From NCBI GenBank assembly GCA_963662245.2, contig CAXXVQ010000010.1:4613-68612 (forward strand): DNA of 64,000 nucleotides, given 5' to 3'. Source of the DNA: Paludibacteraceae bacterium. GTDB lineage: Bacteria; Bacteroidota; Bacteroidia; Bacteroidales; Paludibacteraceae. Positions 28,583 through 38,173 of this stretch are shown piece after piece; the stretch's first letter is position 1; every line of letters starts with the position of its first letter. A program made the position numbers and the translations under genes. The notes beneath the pieces were generated by a model that was given only the letters and a program-made list of their open reading frames with translations, did no database searches and was not told the DNA's origin.

Positions 28583-28896
28583 TGAACGGTATATTAATCG
28601 AGGATACTAATGATTTAGCAATAGTTCCTGTAAGAGATGGCAGTGGGCTAATTGTATCGGGGCTTGTGCTTGGTAATATAGACTATCAGCGTTGTAGGCT
28701 CATTATTGAAGCCCACAAAGGCGAATTTAAAGAACTGCCTACGCTTGGTTTTGGAATAGACAGCTATCTGAAGGCTGGCATGGACAAGAAACAACTTTTT
28801 ATTAACGAACTAACAAAGGAACTCAAGTCCGACGGCTTTACAAATGCAAGCGTAAGCGTGGGCGAAACCTTATTAGATTTTGAAGTAAGTATATGA
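28582..28896 (+). CDS. hypothetical small baseplate protein
   Basis: 104-aa ORF with overlapping start and stop codons on both sides. Confidence 0.4.
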   Translation: MNGILIEDTNDLAIVPVRDGSGLIVSGLVLGNIDYQRCRLIIEAHKGEFKELPTLGFGIDSYLKAGMDKKQLFINELTKELKSDGFTNASVSVGETLLDFEVSI

Positions 28897-29366
28897 AATC
28901 AGTAAATGCAATAACACTAATTAAGCAGTTTGAGGGCTGCAAGCTTAAACCCTACCTGTGTCCTGCAGGTGTGCCAACGATTGGCTGGGGAAGTACTCGC
29001 TATCCAAACGGTGTGAGGGTGTCAATGAAAGACCCTGCTATCACTCAGCAAAAAGCGGATGAAATGCTTTTGTTCGATTTACAAGCATTTGAAAAAGATG
29101 TAACATTTCTTACTAAAGATGTAATTCTTACTCAAAACAACTTTGATTCGCTTGTAGATTTTGCATACAACTGCGGTTCTGACATTGATATAGATAGTAC
29201 TCCAGAAGGTTTAGGAGACTCAACTCTTCTAAAAAAGGTGTTGAAAAATCCAAACGACCCAAGCATCGCAGCGGAGTTTGCCAAGTGGAATAAATCAAAA
29301 GGAGTTGTAACAAAAGGTTTGGTAAGAAGGCGCAAAGCAGATGCTGAACTATACTTTAAAAAGTAA
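28893..29366 (+). CDS. endolysin, GH24 (T4/lambda-type lysozyme)
   Basis: The FEGCKLKPYLCPAGVPTIGWGST block and a downstream LVDFAYNCG pattern. Confidence 0.8.
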   Translation: MKSVNAITLIKQFEGCKLKPYLCPAGVPTIGWGSTRYPNGVRVSMKDPAITQQKADEMLLFDLQAFEKDVTFLTKDVILTQNNFDSLVDFAYNCGSDIDIDSTPEGLGDSTLLKKVLKNPNDPSIAAEFAKWNKSKGVVTKGLVRRRKADAELYFKK

Positions 29367-29370
29367 GTAT

Positions 29371-29775
29371 ATGAATACAGAATTAATAAGCATTATTCTA
29401 AATATAGTGTTTGGAGGTAGTTTCTTGGCATCTGTGTTAACGCTTAGAGCGCAAAAGAAAAAAGCAATGGCCGAGGCCGATGTTGAACAAGGCAATGTAA
29501 AGACAAAGGAGCTCGACAATGTTCAAGAAGCTATCACTATTTGGCGTGAGATGGCCGAAAGCCTAAAAGTTGAGCGAGATGAATACAAAGCCAACTATAT
29601 CGAAGTGCAAAAGCATAATGCCGATATGGCCGTACAAATGGAAGCAATACGCAAAGAGCTTACTCGCTTGGCTAATATCAATAGCAAGATGGTTAAGTTA
29701 CTTGACAAAATAACGCCCGATAACCTCGAGCAAATGGTTGAACAAATTAAAAAACTACACGATGAAAGCAAGTAA
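29371..29775 (+). CDS. membrane-anchored coiled-coil lysis protein (holin or i-spanin-like)
   Basis: One N-terminal TM (ISIILNIVFGGSFLASVL) followed by a long charged helix. It lies directly after the endolysin gene. Confidence 0.45.
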   Translation: MNTELISIILNIVFGGSFLASVLTLRAQKKKAMAEADVEQGNVKTKELDNVQEAITIWREMAESLKVERDEYKANYIEVQKHNADMAVQMEAIRKELTRLANINSKMVKLLDKITPDNLEQMVEQIKKLHDESK

Positions 29776-30319
29776 AATCATTATCGGCATTATGCTCATT
29801 GCATTGATGGCCGTAGGTTGTAAAACAACTAAAACCAAAACCAGTACAGACACCAAAGCCAAAGCACAGGTGGAAACTCAAAGCGCAAGCAAAACAGATA
29901 GTACAGGTACGCTCACAAACCAAAAGGCGAGTGTTGATAAAACGCAGACCAAAGAAGCTGCAAAGATAAAAACCAAGGAAACAGAATGGAGTAAGCCCGA
30001 CAGTATGGGCAAACAATATCCTGTTAAAACTAAGGAAACTGAAACCGATTACACTAAGGATACAAAAAACGATGTTGCAGCTGGGGAACAAAGCAAGCAG
30101 AAAACAGACCTTAATAAGTCTACAGACAATAAAGTAAAGCAGAAAGCAAGTGCAGAACAGAACCACAAAGCAGCTGCGGACTCTAAAACAGAAAGCCCGA
30201 GTTTTGTTAATTACATCTTTGGAGCTTTAGCTGGAGTTATAGCAATCTTGTTTTTAATCGATTCAGGGGCATTAACTAAGTTATGGGCGTGGATTATCCG
30301 CCTTTTGTATAAGAATTGA
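29762..30319 (+). CDS. lipoprotein with C-terminal TM (o-spanin-like or lysis accessory)
   Basis: Lipobox LMAVGC, a Lys/Thr-rich low-complexity middle, and a C-terminal hydrophobic helix. It overlaps the previous gene's end. Confidence 0.45.
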   Translation: MKASKIIIGIMLIALMAVGCKTTKTKTSTDTKAKAQVETQSASKTDSTGTLTNQKASVDKTQTKEAAKIKTKETEWSKPDSMGKQYPVKTKETETDYTKDTKNDVAAGEQSKQKTDLNKSTDNKVKQKASAEQNHKAAADSKTESPSFVNYIFGALAGVIAILFLIDSGALTKLWAWIIRLLYKN

Positions 30320-30345
30320 ATTTAAACGGTATTTAAACGGCAATT

Positions 30346-30624
30346 ATGGCAAGTATTAATGTGGCAGACAAACAAAGCTTACTAGATGTGGCAATTCAGC
30401 GACTTGGAAGCATCGAAAGCGTGTTCTCACTCGCTCTGCTTAATGGCTTGTCGATTACGGACGATTTATTACCAGGGCGGCCTATTGTGCTTGCTGCTGT
30501 GAGCAATTCCGATGTGGCGAATTATTTCGCCAACAAAGGACTGATGCCTGCAACTGCAATTACAACCACCACCGAGGAACAAGCTCGCATTTTTGATGAA
30601 ACTCACGCTGACGAATTTGAATAA
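30346..30624 (+). CDS. LysM-like tail protein X-like protein
   Basis: 92 aa. QSLLDVAIQRLGSIESVFSLALLNGLSITDDLLPG resembles the P2 gpX/LysM-like pattern. Confidence 0.4.
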   Translation: MASINVADKQSLLDVAIQRLGSIESVFSLALLNGLSITDDLLPGRPIVLAAVSNSDVANYFANKGLMPATAITTTTEEQARIFDETHADEFE

Positions 30625-30629
30625 TAGAT

Positions 30630-31532
30630 ATGGCAACAATAGCAGAATTAAAAAAACAAATAACCGACGCATTTATGAGCAACGAAACGCTTATGAATGC
30701 CTATGGCTTGAGTACCTCAGATAGCTTTGATGATAAGTTCAGCAAAGTAAGCTTTGAAAGCGTGCTATTCTATGTTGTAGCCTTTTGCCATAAGCTAATC
30801 TATGACATTGTAGATGTGTTTAAAGCAGAACAGCAAGCTGCTATTGATGCGGCATATATTGCAAACGACCGCTGGTGGTATAATCAAGTGATGACTTATG
30901 TATTTGGTGCTGCTTTGATTTATGATGAAAAGACATACAAGTTTTCGCCCTCTATAATTGAGGGCTCTACGCCCTTGTGCGCCTATTGTTCTATAAGGCA
31001 AGCAGTAAATGCAAATGAAGTTACCTATGTAAAAGTAATGGCATCTAAGAAAGCTTACGCAGTGCTTAGCATTGGCGAAAAAACAGCTATGACAGAATAC
31101 CTCAAACGAGTAGCTCCAGCAGGCGTTATTTTCGAGATAGAAAGCAATACGCCCGATGTAATTTATTTTCCACTGAGTGGCGAAACCGCAGGCATACAAA
31201 TATACTACGACCCCATGCTGGTAGATAGCACAGGTACGCTCTTAAGCGATGGACAAACGCAGCCTGTAAACGATGCAATTGCAGCATACATCAACGGCAT
31301 TGTGTACGGTGGTCGCTTTAATGTAACTAAGCTTATCGATGCCATACAATCAGCCGTAGGCGTGGTAGATGTTAAGATAAACACTTGCAAGATTCACAAA
31401 TATAGCGATGCCTCAGGTGTGGGTTCTGTCGTTACTACCACGGTCGATTTAGCTGCAGGTGTAGGTAAGTTCGATATTGCAGACGAAACATATGTAAGCA
31501 CAATAGGCTATTTCCCACAATCAGCATTATGA
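30630..31532 (+). CDS. baseplate wedge (gpJ-like) candidate
   Basis: 300 aa. The call is based on position only. Confidence 0.35.
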   Translation: MATIAELKKQITDAFMSNETLMNAYGLSTSDSFDDKFSKVSFESVLFYVVAFCHKLIYDIVDVFKAEQQAAIDAAYIANDRWWYNQVMTYVFGAALIYDEKTYKFSPSIIEGSTPLCAYCSIRQAVNANEVTYVKVMASKKAYAVLSIGEKTAMTEYLKRVAPAGVIFEIESNTPDVIYFPLSGETAGIQIYYDPMLVDSTGTLLSDGQTQPVNDAIAAYINGIVYGGRFNVTKLIDAIQSAVGVVDVKINTCKIHKYSDASGVGSVVTTTVDLAAGVGKFDIADETYVSTIGYFPQSAL

Positions 31533-32308
31533 AAATAGACTTTAGCAAACTCGTAGTTCTATTGCTGCCTACGCTACTTAGGCGCACTAAGCTGGCTTAT
31601 TTTATCGAAGCCTGCATAGAACCAGCACGCACTAAGTACAACGAGTTAGTAGCTTGGCATGAAGAAAAGAAGCTCGAACTAGCTACCACTGCGCAAGTGT
31701 GCTACTTGGAAGCATATTTAAACTATAAGCTGCTAGGTAGCTTTAATAGGCGAATAATAGTGGAAACGGCAGACGGCATAACTACCGATTTTAATATAAT
31801 AGTGCCTGCCGATGTAACGGCAGACACTTACCAAATACAAGCCTTGGTAGACAAGTATAAGCTTATAGGTAAACGGTACGATGTAGTGGGCGGAACTGTA
31901 GTTTATAGCTCGATGTGGACTAACTTTATACGAGAAGTAATAGCCGTAACCGATGCTGCTAAATGGATTAATTATCATCCCGAAGTAATAGTTTTCAAAA
32001 AAGATGCAAATGTGTATTTGCAAGTCAATGAGAATGGTGCGTTTGACCAAGATGTTACCGCATTTATTGCTGAAGGATATGCAGCTACAAGTGATATCGA
32101 AGTTCTAGTTCAAGTTAGAGCATCGAGATTATATCATCCAACTGTTATATACACTTTTTACCGTACAATTATAATACCTGTTGGTGCGAGTAGTTCGGCT
32201 GTTCTTCATTTGTATGAGTATTATAATATGACAGCTGGTTTGAGTTCTGTAACACCAGCATCAGATGATTACTACAACTATATCAACGCAGGAGTTTACG
32301 ACATTTAA
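31529..32308 (+). CDS. hypothetical baseplate/tail protein
   Basis: 259-aa ORF, start-overlapped with the upstream gene. Confidence 0.4.
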   Translation: MKIDFSKLVVLLLPTLLRRTKLAYFIEACIEPARTKYNELVAWHEEKKLELATTAQVCYLEAYLNYKLLGSFNRRIIVETADGITTDFNIIVPADVTADTYQIQALVDKYKLIGKRYDVVGGTVVYSSMWTNFIREVIAVTDAAKWINYHPEVIVFKKDANVYLQVNENGAFDQDVTAFIAEGYAATSDIEVLVQVRASRLYHPTVIYTFYRTIIIPVGASSSAVLHLYEYYNMTAGLSSVTPASDDYYNYINAGVYDI

Positions 32309-32320
32309 TAAGAAATAATT

Positions 32321-32602
32321 ATGGCATTTGAAAGAACATCAGGATTTACTCGAGCAAGCGGTGTACAAATTACACGCACGGTTAATGGCGATACCGACAC
32401 ATTCGATGTGTCTATGCTCACCGCAATACCTTACACCGAGTATCAAGATATTACGGTTGCGGAGTTCGAACGCCTATCGAGAGCAAATTACGAAGCTAGG
32501 CGTGATGCTTTTGTAACCTACATCGAGTCGCAATACGAGGGCTTGGATATTAATACCGATGGCTCTATTGCTGCCGACCCTAACGGAATCTATTACATCT
32601 AA
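32321..32602 (+). CDS. hypothetical protein
   Basis: 93-aa ORF in the tail-fiber module. Confidence 0.4.
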   Translation: MAFERTSGFTRASGVQITRTVNGDTDTFDVSMLTAIPYTEYQDITVAEFERLSRANYEARRDAFVTYIESQYEGLDINTDGSIAADPNGIYYI

Positions 32603-32613
32603 ATAATAAGAAT

Positions 32614-33273
32614 ATGGCAATATACAACACGCAAACAGGACTCGAAGCCGAGGCAGTTGCAATACAAAACGAAACGCAGAAAAAAGCAATCACGGCTTTT
32701 CGCAATGGTAGATTGCTGCTAGGTATTATCCAGTACTTTGGTGTGCAGCTGCGCAATATAATAGCCGTGAGTAAAGATGCTACGGTAGCCACATCGGCCA
32801 ATGTGGTAATTACTCAAGATGCAACTAACTTTAAGTTTTTGAAGTCCGATTTTCCATCTGTACTCGTTGTTGACAATATTATTTTTGCCAAAAATCAAAC
32901 AACAGAATCAGAAGCAGGCTTATATCAAATTACACTGGTTGATGATACTTACTACACAACCATAAAAACGCAAAATGCCAATAAACTCAACAAAGTGTAT
33001 GTTGCGCAAGGCGTAAATGAAGGATGCTGGCATCGAGATGGAAACGGCATAACAACCCCATTTGTACGCATACAAAACGGTGATTATTATGATGCAGCGC
33101 ATGTAACTAACCCAGCCTTCGATGATATAGCCTCTACCAATGTAGCAGGGCAATTGACAGAGATAAACGATAAAGCAAACACCAACGCCAACGATATCGA
33201 CACGCTAAACACCCAAATGGGTGATGTAAGCGCAGCACTAACAACTATTAATAACGCCCTAGCATTAATCTAA
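32614..33273 (+). CDS. tail fiber protein candidate
   Basis: 219 aa with a C-terminal coiled coil (NDIDTLNTQMGDVSAALTTINNAL). Confidence 0.45.
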   Translation: MAIYNTQTGLEAEAVAIQNETQKKAITAFRNGRLLLGIIQYFGVQLRNIIAVSKDATVATSANVVITQDATNFKFLKSDFPSVLVVDNIIFAKNQTTESEAGLYQITLVDDTYYTTIKTQNANKLNKVYVAQGVNEGCWHRDGNGITTPFVRIQNGDYYDAAHVTNPAFDDIASTNVAGQLTEINDKANTNANDIDTLNTQMGDVSAALTTINNALALI

Positions 33274-34854
33274 ATGAGCATAGCACAACAATTACTTGAC
33301 ACGGCTGCGTATGTGGATGACATACAAGGCGGAGTGAACGCTATTAAAGCCGCTATTGAGGCTAAAGATGTGGATTGCACAGGCGCAAAGCTTGTAGACT
33401 TGCCAGCTAAGGTTGCTGCAATAACTACTGGGGGCGGTGGTACGGTAAATCCTATACAGGGAGTGCCTTCAAATTGGCACAACTTAGCTGTTGAAATAGC
33501 TAACTGGCAAGATGAGGATTATCCGTATTGTATGGCTCTATTATTACAAGGACGCACAACAGGCTTCTATTTATCAGGGGCTTCAAAATATAAGACTTCT
33601 GACGGTCAAATATATACCTCTGACCAGTATATTACTATCGGAGCTAACACGGATGCAACAAAGCTAACAAAATATGTAATTTTCAGATACGCAACGCCTT
33701 TTATATCATTTGATGCTAGTAATTATACTAATATACCTACGCTATTTCGTAAAATAATAATGGGGTATAACTACAATGTAGCTATGACTAACATTAGCTT
33801 CACTAACTCCACTCTGATGCATTGGATTAATGATACTGCGCTCAGAAACCCCATTGTAAAAGATGGTGTGCGTACAATGATGTCGCTTAGGGCATACGGG
33901 TTTCAAAATACACACCTTGATAACTATTCATGTGTAGCTTTCAGAGATGATGCAACAGATGTAGAAAAAGCTACATATACAATACCTACTTATTGCTTTC
34001 ATTCTTCTTACATCAGAGAGTTTTATTTGCCTGCTGCGAAGAAAATAGTTTTTGATGCTTACTCATTTTTTGGCTCAAAGTTAAAATATATTGAATTTGA
34101 CGATAATACAGAAAGTATCGAGCTAAAAGGGAATACGCTTGTTTCCGCCATAATTAGTGCGATAAAATGGCCTGCTAACCTTAAATCATTAACTGCGTTT
34201 GGGTCTTCAAATATGAGTATTACTAGTGATGTCTTTGAATTTCCATCAAATCTTGAAACTATCATTTTAGGGGATGCTTTTTTTAATGGTTCTTTTGCGC
34301 AGCATTTTATATTAAAAAAAGCGTCTGTCTCCTATAGTGGAGGTTCACAGCCATTTTATGGTTGTGCTCCTCGAATTGTTGAATTAGAAGATAATTGGCC
34401 ACACAGTCAAATAATAGGTGGTCTTTCTAATTATAGTGCAGCGAATATGACGGCTTCAAGTCTTGAGACATACACATTAAACCGTTTAATGGATTTGCAT
34501 ACAATGCAGGGACGCATTCCCTACATAAAGACAGAGGGAGCTTCATTAGTTACATGGATAGCTTGTGATTCTACAGGTATAACATTAGATAGCCATGGTG
34601 ACTCGGCTAAATTTACCGAAATTTTTAGAGTCGGTGAAGTTGTGAAAGTAACTATCTCTGGCACCGTAAGAAGTTTCACTATTCAGTCAATCGACAGCGA
34701 TAACCAAATGACTATGACTGGAACAGCATATATGGTTGCAGGTACCTATATGTTAGACCACAATAAGGTACTCACATTAACATCTGTATTGCTGAATTTA
34801 TTGAGTAGTGCGCAAAAAGCAATAGCAACTAATAAATTATGGACTTTAGCTTAA
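33274..34854 (+). CDS. receptor-binding tail fiber candidate with BspA-type leucine-rich repeats
   Basis: 526 aa. N-terminal coiled coil, and a middle with repeated I..F..C..L..I.LP-like LRR units (YCFHSSYIREFYLPAAKKIVFDAYSFFGSKLKYIEF...). Confidence 0.5.
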   Translation: MSIAQQLLDTAAYVDDIQGGVNAIKAAIEAKDVDCTGAKLVDLPAKVAAITTGGGGTVNPIQGVPSNWHNLAVEIANWQDEDYPYCMALLLQGRTTGFYLSGASKYKTSDGQIYTSDQYITIGANTDATKLTKYVIFRYATPFISFDASNYTNIPTLFRKIIMGYNYNVAMTNISFTNSTLMHWINDTALRNPIVKDGVRTMMSLRAYGFQNTHLDNYSCVAFRDDATDVEKATYTIPTYCFHSSYIREFYLPAAKKIVFDAYSFFGSKLKYIEFDDNTESIELKGNTLVSAIISAIKWPANLKSLTAFGSSNMSITSDVFEFPSNLETIILGDAFFNGSFAQHFILKKASVSYSGGSQPFYGCAPRIVELEDNWPHSQIIGGLSNYSAANMTASSLETYTLNRLMDLHTMQGRIPYIKTEGASLVTWIACDSTGITLDSHGDSAKFTEIFRVGEVVKVTISGTVRSFTIQSIDSDNQMTMTGTAYMVAGTYMLDHNKVLTLTSVLLNLLSSAQKAIATNKLWTLA

Positions 34855-35036
34855 GAATTATGGCAGAAAAAATGATTGAACAAAAGGCAGGTGATGGATG
34901 CTTGTTATTTAACAGTGTAGACCTTTATTCAGACCAAGTATTTACAACTGCAGGAAAGGAATGGGAACAAGTTCCAATCGATGATGTACCCGAAGAACTT
35001 CGCCCAGGTTACGAACCGCCAGCAATAGCAGAATAA
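34839..35036 (+). CDS. hypothetical small protein
   Basis: 65-aa ORF overlapping the fiber gene's end. Confidence 0.35.
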   Translation: MDFSLRIMAEKMIEQKAGDGCLLFNSVDLYSDQVFTTAGKEWEQVPIDDVPEELRPGYEPPAIAE

Positions 35037-35099
35037 ATAACTAAGGAGGTAAAAGAAAGCCTCCGCCTACCTTAAGCGGCTCCTACACCGCTCAAAATT

Positions 35100-35160
35100 A
35101 AAGGTGCACATACACCACGACAGAGGCTCAAAGCCTTTGAATCGGTGTATGTGCACCTTT
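35100..35160 (+). terminator. 17-bp perfect hairpin ending the late (plus) operon
   Basis: AAAGGTGCACATACACC / GGTGTATGTGCACCTTT with a 27-nt loop, followed by TTTGTTTATTTG. Two smaller hairpins lie just upstream (35045-35091). Confidence 0.6.
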
Positions 35161-35224
35161 GTTTATTTGAAGAATTGTAGGAGACTGCAAAAATATAGAT
35201 TATTAATTAAAAAGATGAAAAGTG

Positions 35225-36055
35225 ATGATGAAAAATTTCACCCAAGCCCCACTACCGTTTATGGGTCAAAAGAGACGGTTTTTGACAGAGTTTAAAACAG
35301 CTTTAAAGCAGTATGATGATTGCACCGTGTTTGTTGACCTCTTTGGAGGCATCGGTTTATTAAGCCACACCGTGATTCGTGAACGCCCCGATGCACTTGT
35401 AATTTACAACGATTTCGACGGCTATCATGTGCGCATAGCCAATGTGGAGCGTACAAATGCACTTATGTCCGACCTGCGCAGCATTGTGGCCAATGAGCCA
35501 AAGGATAAAAAGCTTAGCGACAAAATAAAAGCTGAAGTACTGGATAGGGTTAAACGAGATGAGGAAAATGGGTTTGTTGATTACATAACCCTATCCAGTT
35601 CCTTGCTTTTTGCAATGAACTATGTAAAAAGCTTTGAGGAACTAAGCAAGCAAACCATGTACAATTGTGTGCGCACTGGTGATTATGTGTGTGATGGCTA
35701 TTTAGACGGCTTAGAAGTCGTTAAGCAGGACTATAAGGAGTTGTTCGAGCGTTGGCGACATATGCCTAATGTGGTGTTCTTGATAGACCCACCATACTTG
35801 AGTACCGAGGTAGGAACTTATTCAGGCTATTGGAAGTTAAAGGATTATTTGGATGTGCTGCACACACTCAAGAACACGAATTACTTCTATTTTACCAGCA
35901 ACAAAAGCTCTATCATTGAGCTGTGCGACTGGTTGGAAGAAAACTACAGTGCGCAAAACCCATTCCACGGCTCTGTGCGTAAAGAAGTAGCTGCAAGGAT
36001 GAACCACAATAGCAGTTACACGGATATCATGCTGTTTAAACATCGTTTAAACTAG
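35225..36055 (+). CDS. DNA N6-adenine methyltransferase (Dam-like, D12 class)
   Basis: Motif I DLFGGIG and motif IV DPPY (FLIDPPYLS). Confidence 0.75.
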   Translation: MMKNFTQAPLPFMGQKRRFLTEFKTALKQYDDCTVFVDLFGGIGLLSHTVIRERPDALVIYNDFDGYHVRIANVERTNALMSDLRSIVANEPKDKKLSDKIKAEVLDRVKRDEENGFVDYITLSSSLLFAMNYVKSFEELSKQTMYNCVRTGDYVCDGYLDGLEVVKQDYKELFERWRHMPNVVFLIDPPYLSTEVGTYSGYWKLKDYLDVLHTLKNTNYFYFTSNKSSIIELCDWLEENYSAQNPFHGSVRKEVAARMNHNSSYTDIMLFKHRLN

Positions 36056-36065
36056 CTTTAAAGTA

Positions 36066-36096
36066 AAAGGGCAGCGGTTTAAAATCGCTGCCCTTT
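36066..36096. terminator. bidirectional terminator between convergent genes
   Basis: AAAGGGCAGCG / CGCTGCCCTTT stem with a 9-nt loop. Confidence 0.6.
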
Positions 36097-36099
36097 GTG

Positions 36100-36570
36100 T
36101 TATCGTTTCTTTAGTTTTGCTCGCTTTTGGCGATATATTTCGTCGTAGCTTGCTTTGTTTCGGTAGTAGTATGGAAGCTCAACAACGGTGAGTTTAAAGT
36201 TGTCGATGTAGCTTTTACCCTCTGCAAGGTTCATATAAACACGGTCTGCTAGAAATGTAAAGTTGCTTTGTAGAACTACATACACTTTTTTTTGTGCCAG
36301 GTACTTGTCGGTAAGTGGCGTTGGGTTGTATAGTTCATCTTGCAGCATGGTGGCACTTGGCTCGTAGGCTGTAGAATCGGGCGTGTAGTATAGGTTTACT
36401 TGCTGGTTATTGTACTGTTGGTGTGTGCTGCAAAAATCAATGCAGTCCTCTACATTGGCATAAACTTTTACTGGTTTACCTTTTGCATCAAACACAACAC
36501 TAGCCTGTTTAGTAAGTGCCTGTGCGCTGATACTTAGCGTAATTGCAAGAAATAGGATTAGCTTTTTCAT
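36100..36570 (-). CDS. secreted hypothetical protein
   Basis: 156 aa with an N-terminal signal peptide. It is the last gene of the early/minus operon. Confidence 0.5.
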   Translation of the reverse strand: MKKLILFLAITLSISAQALTKQASVVFDAKGKPVKVYANVEDCIDFCSTHQQYNNQQVNLYYTPDSTAYEPSATMLQDELYNPTPLTDKYLAQKKVYVVLQSNFTFLADRVYMNLAEGKSYIDNFKLTVVELPYYYRNKASYDEIYRQKRAKLKKR

Positions 36571-36959
36571 TTGACATCAATTTTATAATTTGCAGTGTAT
36601 GTAAAGGAATCGGGGTCGTGGGTATAAGTCCAAGCATCACACCACTCTGTGATTAGCGTAGTTTTATCTAACATTAGCTTGCTATTCTTAGTAATAGGGT
36701 CTATTTCTCTTGATACTCGTTTGTGTATAAAGCTAATGAATTCGTCTTCTGTTTGAAATGAGTAGCCTAGTTTATCTAGTTTTTCCTTTACAGCTAAAAT
36801 AAGATTTCGCAAACAATCTTTGGCAAAGCTTTTTACACAGTCGTCTTCAAACTCATCTCTTTCGTTGTAGCCTATATATTTTCTATCAATATTACAGCCT
36901 GTTGGTGTTATATCACCCGATTTGTATGTAAAATATGCTTTTAGTTCTTGTTTTTCCAT
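36567..36959 (-). CDS. hypothetical protein
   Basis: 130-aa ORF overlapping the downstream start. Confidence 0.5.
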   Translation of the reverse strand: MEKQELKAYFTYKSGDITPTGCNIDRKYIGYNERDEFEDDCVKSFAKDCLRNLILAVKEKLDKLGYSFQTEDEFISFIHKRVSREIDPITKNSKLMLDKTTLITEWCDAWTYTHDPDSFTYTANYKIDVK

Positions 36960-36993
36960 GTTTTTTAATTAAAAGTTTTTAGCAAAGTTAAAA

Positions 36994-37018
36994 AGCCTAT
37001 CGGATTTTCCAATAGGCT
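36994..37018 (-). terminator. intrinsic terminator or attenuator inside the early operon
   Basis: AGCCTAT / ATAGGCT stem, with a T-run on the minus strand after the hairpin. Confidence 0.45.
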
Positions 37019-37025
37019 TTTTGTT

Positions 37026-37661
37026 TTAAAATAATTCTCCTTGTTTAATCTCTCCCGACCGCTTCATTTCGGGCTTAAAGAGCTGCACTTGTAGCGTTTC
37101 ACCTTTGTATCGGCTGTCTATAGTGAGCTTGCCAGCATCAAAGAACAGCTTAATATCGCAAGCGTGCATTATTGCTTTGTTGCAATCGGGCTTCTTGTAG
37201 CTTTGGCCAAAGCTCACATACAGAAATATGATTTTGCGTTTGGCAAAGGTGCGGTTAAGCTCCTGTAGTTGCTCGTAGGTAAATTGCATATACTGCACGC
37301 TGTCGATAATAACTAGCCTGTAATAGTTTTTGCGAATCTTATCTACAAGCGTGTCGAAGTCAATATTTACGCCAAAGTAAATTTTGGTTGACTCAACATT
37401 GAAATTAAGCGTACGGTCACGCAAACTCTTTTTTAAGGCCTCCTCGTGGCTGCAATATAGGCTTTTGCCAATCTTTTGTCCGTACTCGGCTGCAAATAGA
37501 AGTGTGAATACTGATTTACCACTGCCCGATGTGCCGTAAACAAAGATAGAGGTTCGGCTCTCTATCTGCCCGAATAGGCGGTTGTAGTACTCCCCGAGGT
37601 CTATCTCGTCGTACTTCTTGGCCTGCAAGGTTTTTAGGTTAATAATTTGTGCTTTACTCAT
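37026..37661 (-). CDS. RecA-fold P-loop ATPase (Sak4/KaiC-like)
   Basis: Walker A GTSGSGKS, Walker B LVIIDSVQYM, 211 aa. Confidence 0.55.
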   Translation of the reverse strand: MSKAQIINLKTLQAKKYDEIDLGEYYNRLFGQIESRTSIFVYGTSGSGKSVFTLLFAAEYGQKIGKSLYCSHEEALKKSLRDRTLNFNVESTKIYFGVNIDFDTLVDKIRKNYYRLVIIDSVQYMQFTYEQLQELNRTFAKRKIIFLYVSFGQSYKKPDCNKAIMHACDIKLFFDAGKLTIDSRYKGETLQVQLFKPEMKRSGEIKQGELF

Positions 37662-37681
37662 GTGTTTGATGTTTATTGTGT

Positions 37682-38173
37682 TTAAAATTGTTGTTCGTGA
37701 CAGTGTATGTGTGTTACTTCTTCGCCTGTTTTAGCTTCAACTACCTGTATTAAGGCTTTTATTACTGGGTCAAAGAGTTCGCTGTGTATCGGAATATCTA
37801 CATTAAATAAGCCTAATTGACCTTTTACAGGGAACGGATTTTGAAGCATTCTAGGGTTTTCGTAGACATACGCCCATTTGCCTTGTTCGTACTTGCAGAA
37901 TGCTTTTTGTTCATCCTGTTCGGTCATTGGTCGGCAATCTTTAAGTGTTGCAATACCTATTGCATGCCCTTTGTGCTTGTATAGGAAGTCTTTGTTAGTG
38001 CCTAGTTCGTCTATTAAGCCTTTTGGCTCAATTTCCCACAGCCATACTTCTTTGAGTGATGCGCAAATAAGAACATCGCCCCTAAATTGTGTTGCTTTGC
38101 TTCTTATTTCAAGCGTTTTAAAGCCTCGCACGATTAACTGTGCATAAGGATTTTTAATTGATTGTGCTTTCAT
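37682..38173 (-). CDS. ASCH/PUA-like domain protein
   Basis: N-terminal NPYAQLIVRGFKTLEIRS pattern. Moderate recognition only. Confidence 0.45.
   Translation of the reverse strand: MKAQSIKNPYAQLIVRGFKTLEIRSKATQFRGDVLICASLKEVWLWEIEPKGLIDELGTNKDFLYKHKGHAIGIATLKDCRPMTEQDEQKAFCKYEQGKWAYVYENPRMLQNPFPVKGQLGLFNVDIPIHSELFDPVIKALIQVVEAKTGEEVTHIHCHEQQF

Noticed and set aside
35104-35295. The 63-aa ORF (GTG start) upstream of the methyltransferase gene, considered as a Com-like regulator.
   Set aside because: It is translated straight through the 17-bp terminator hairpin and overlaps the methylase start in another frame. No zinc-finger pattern like that of Mu Com is present.
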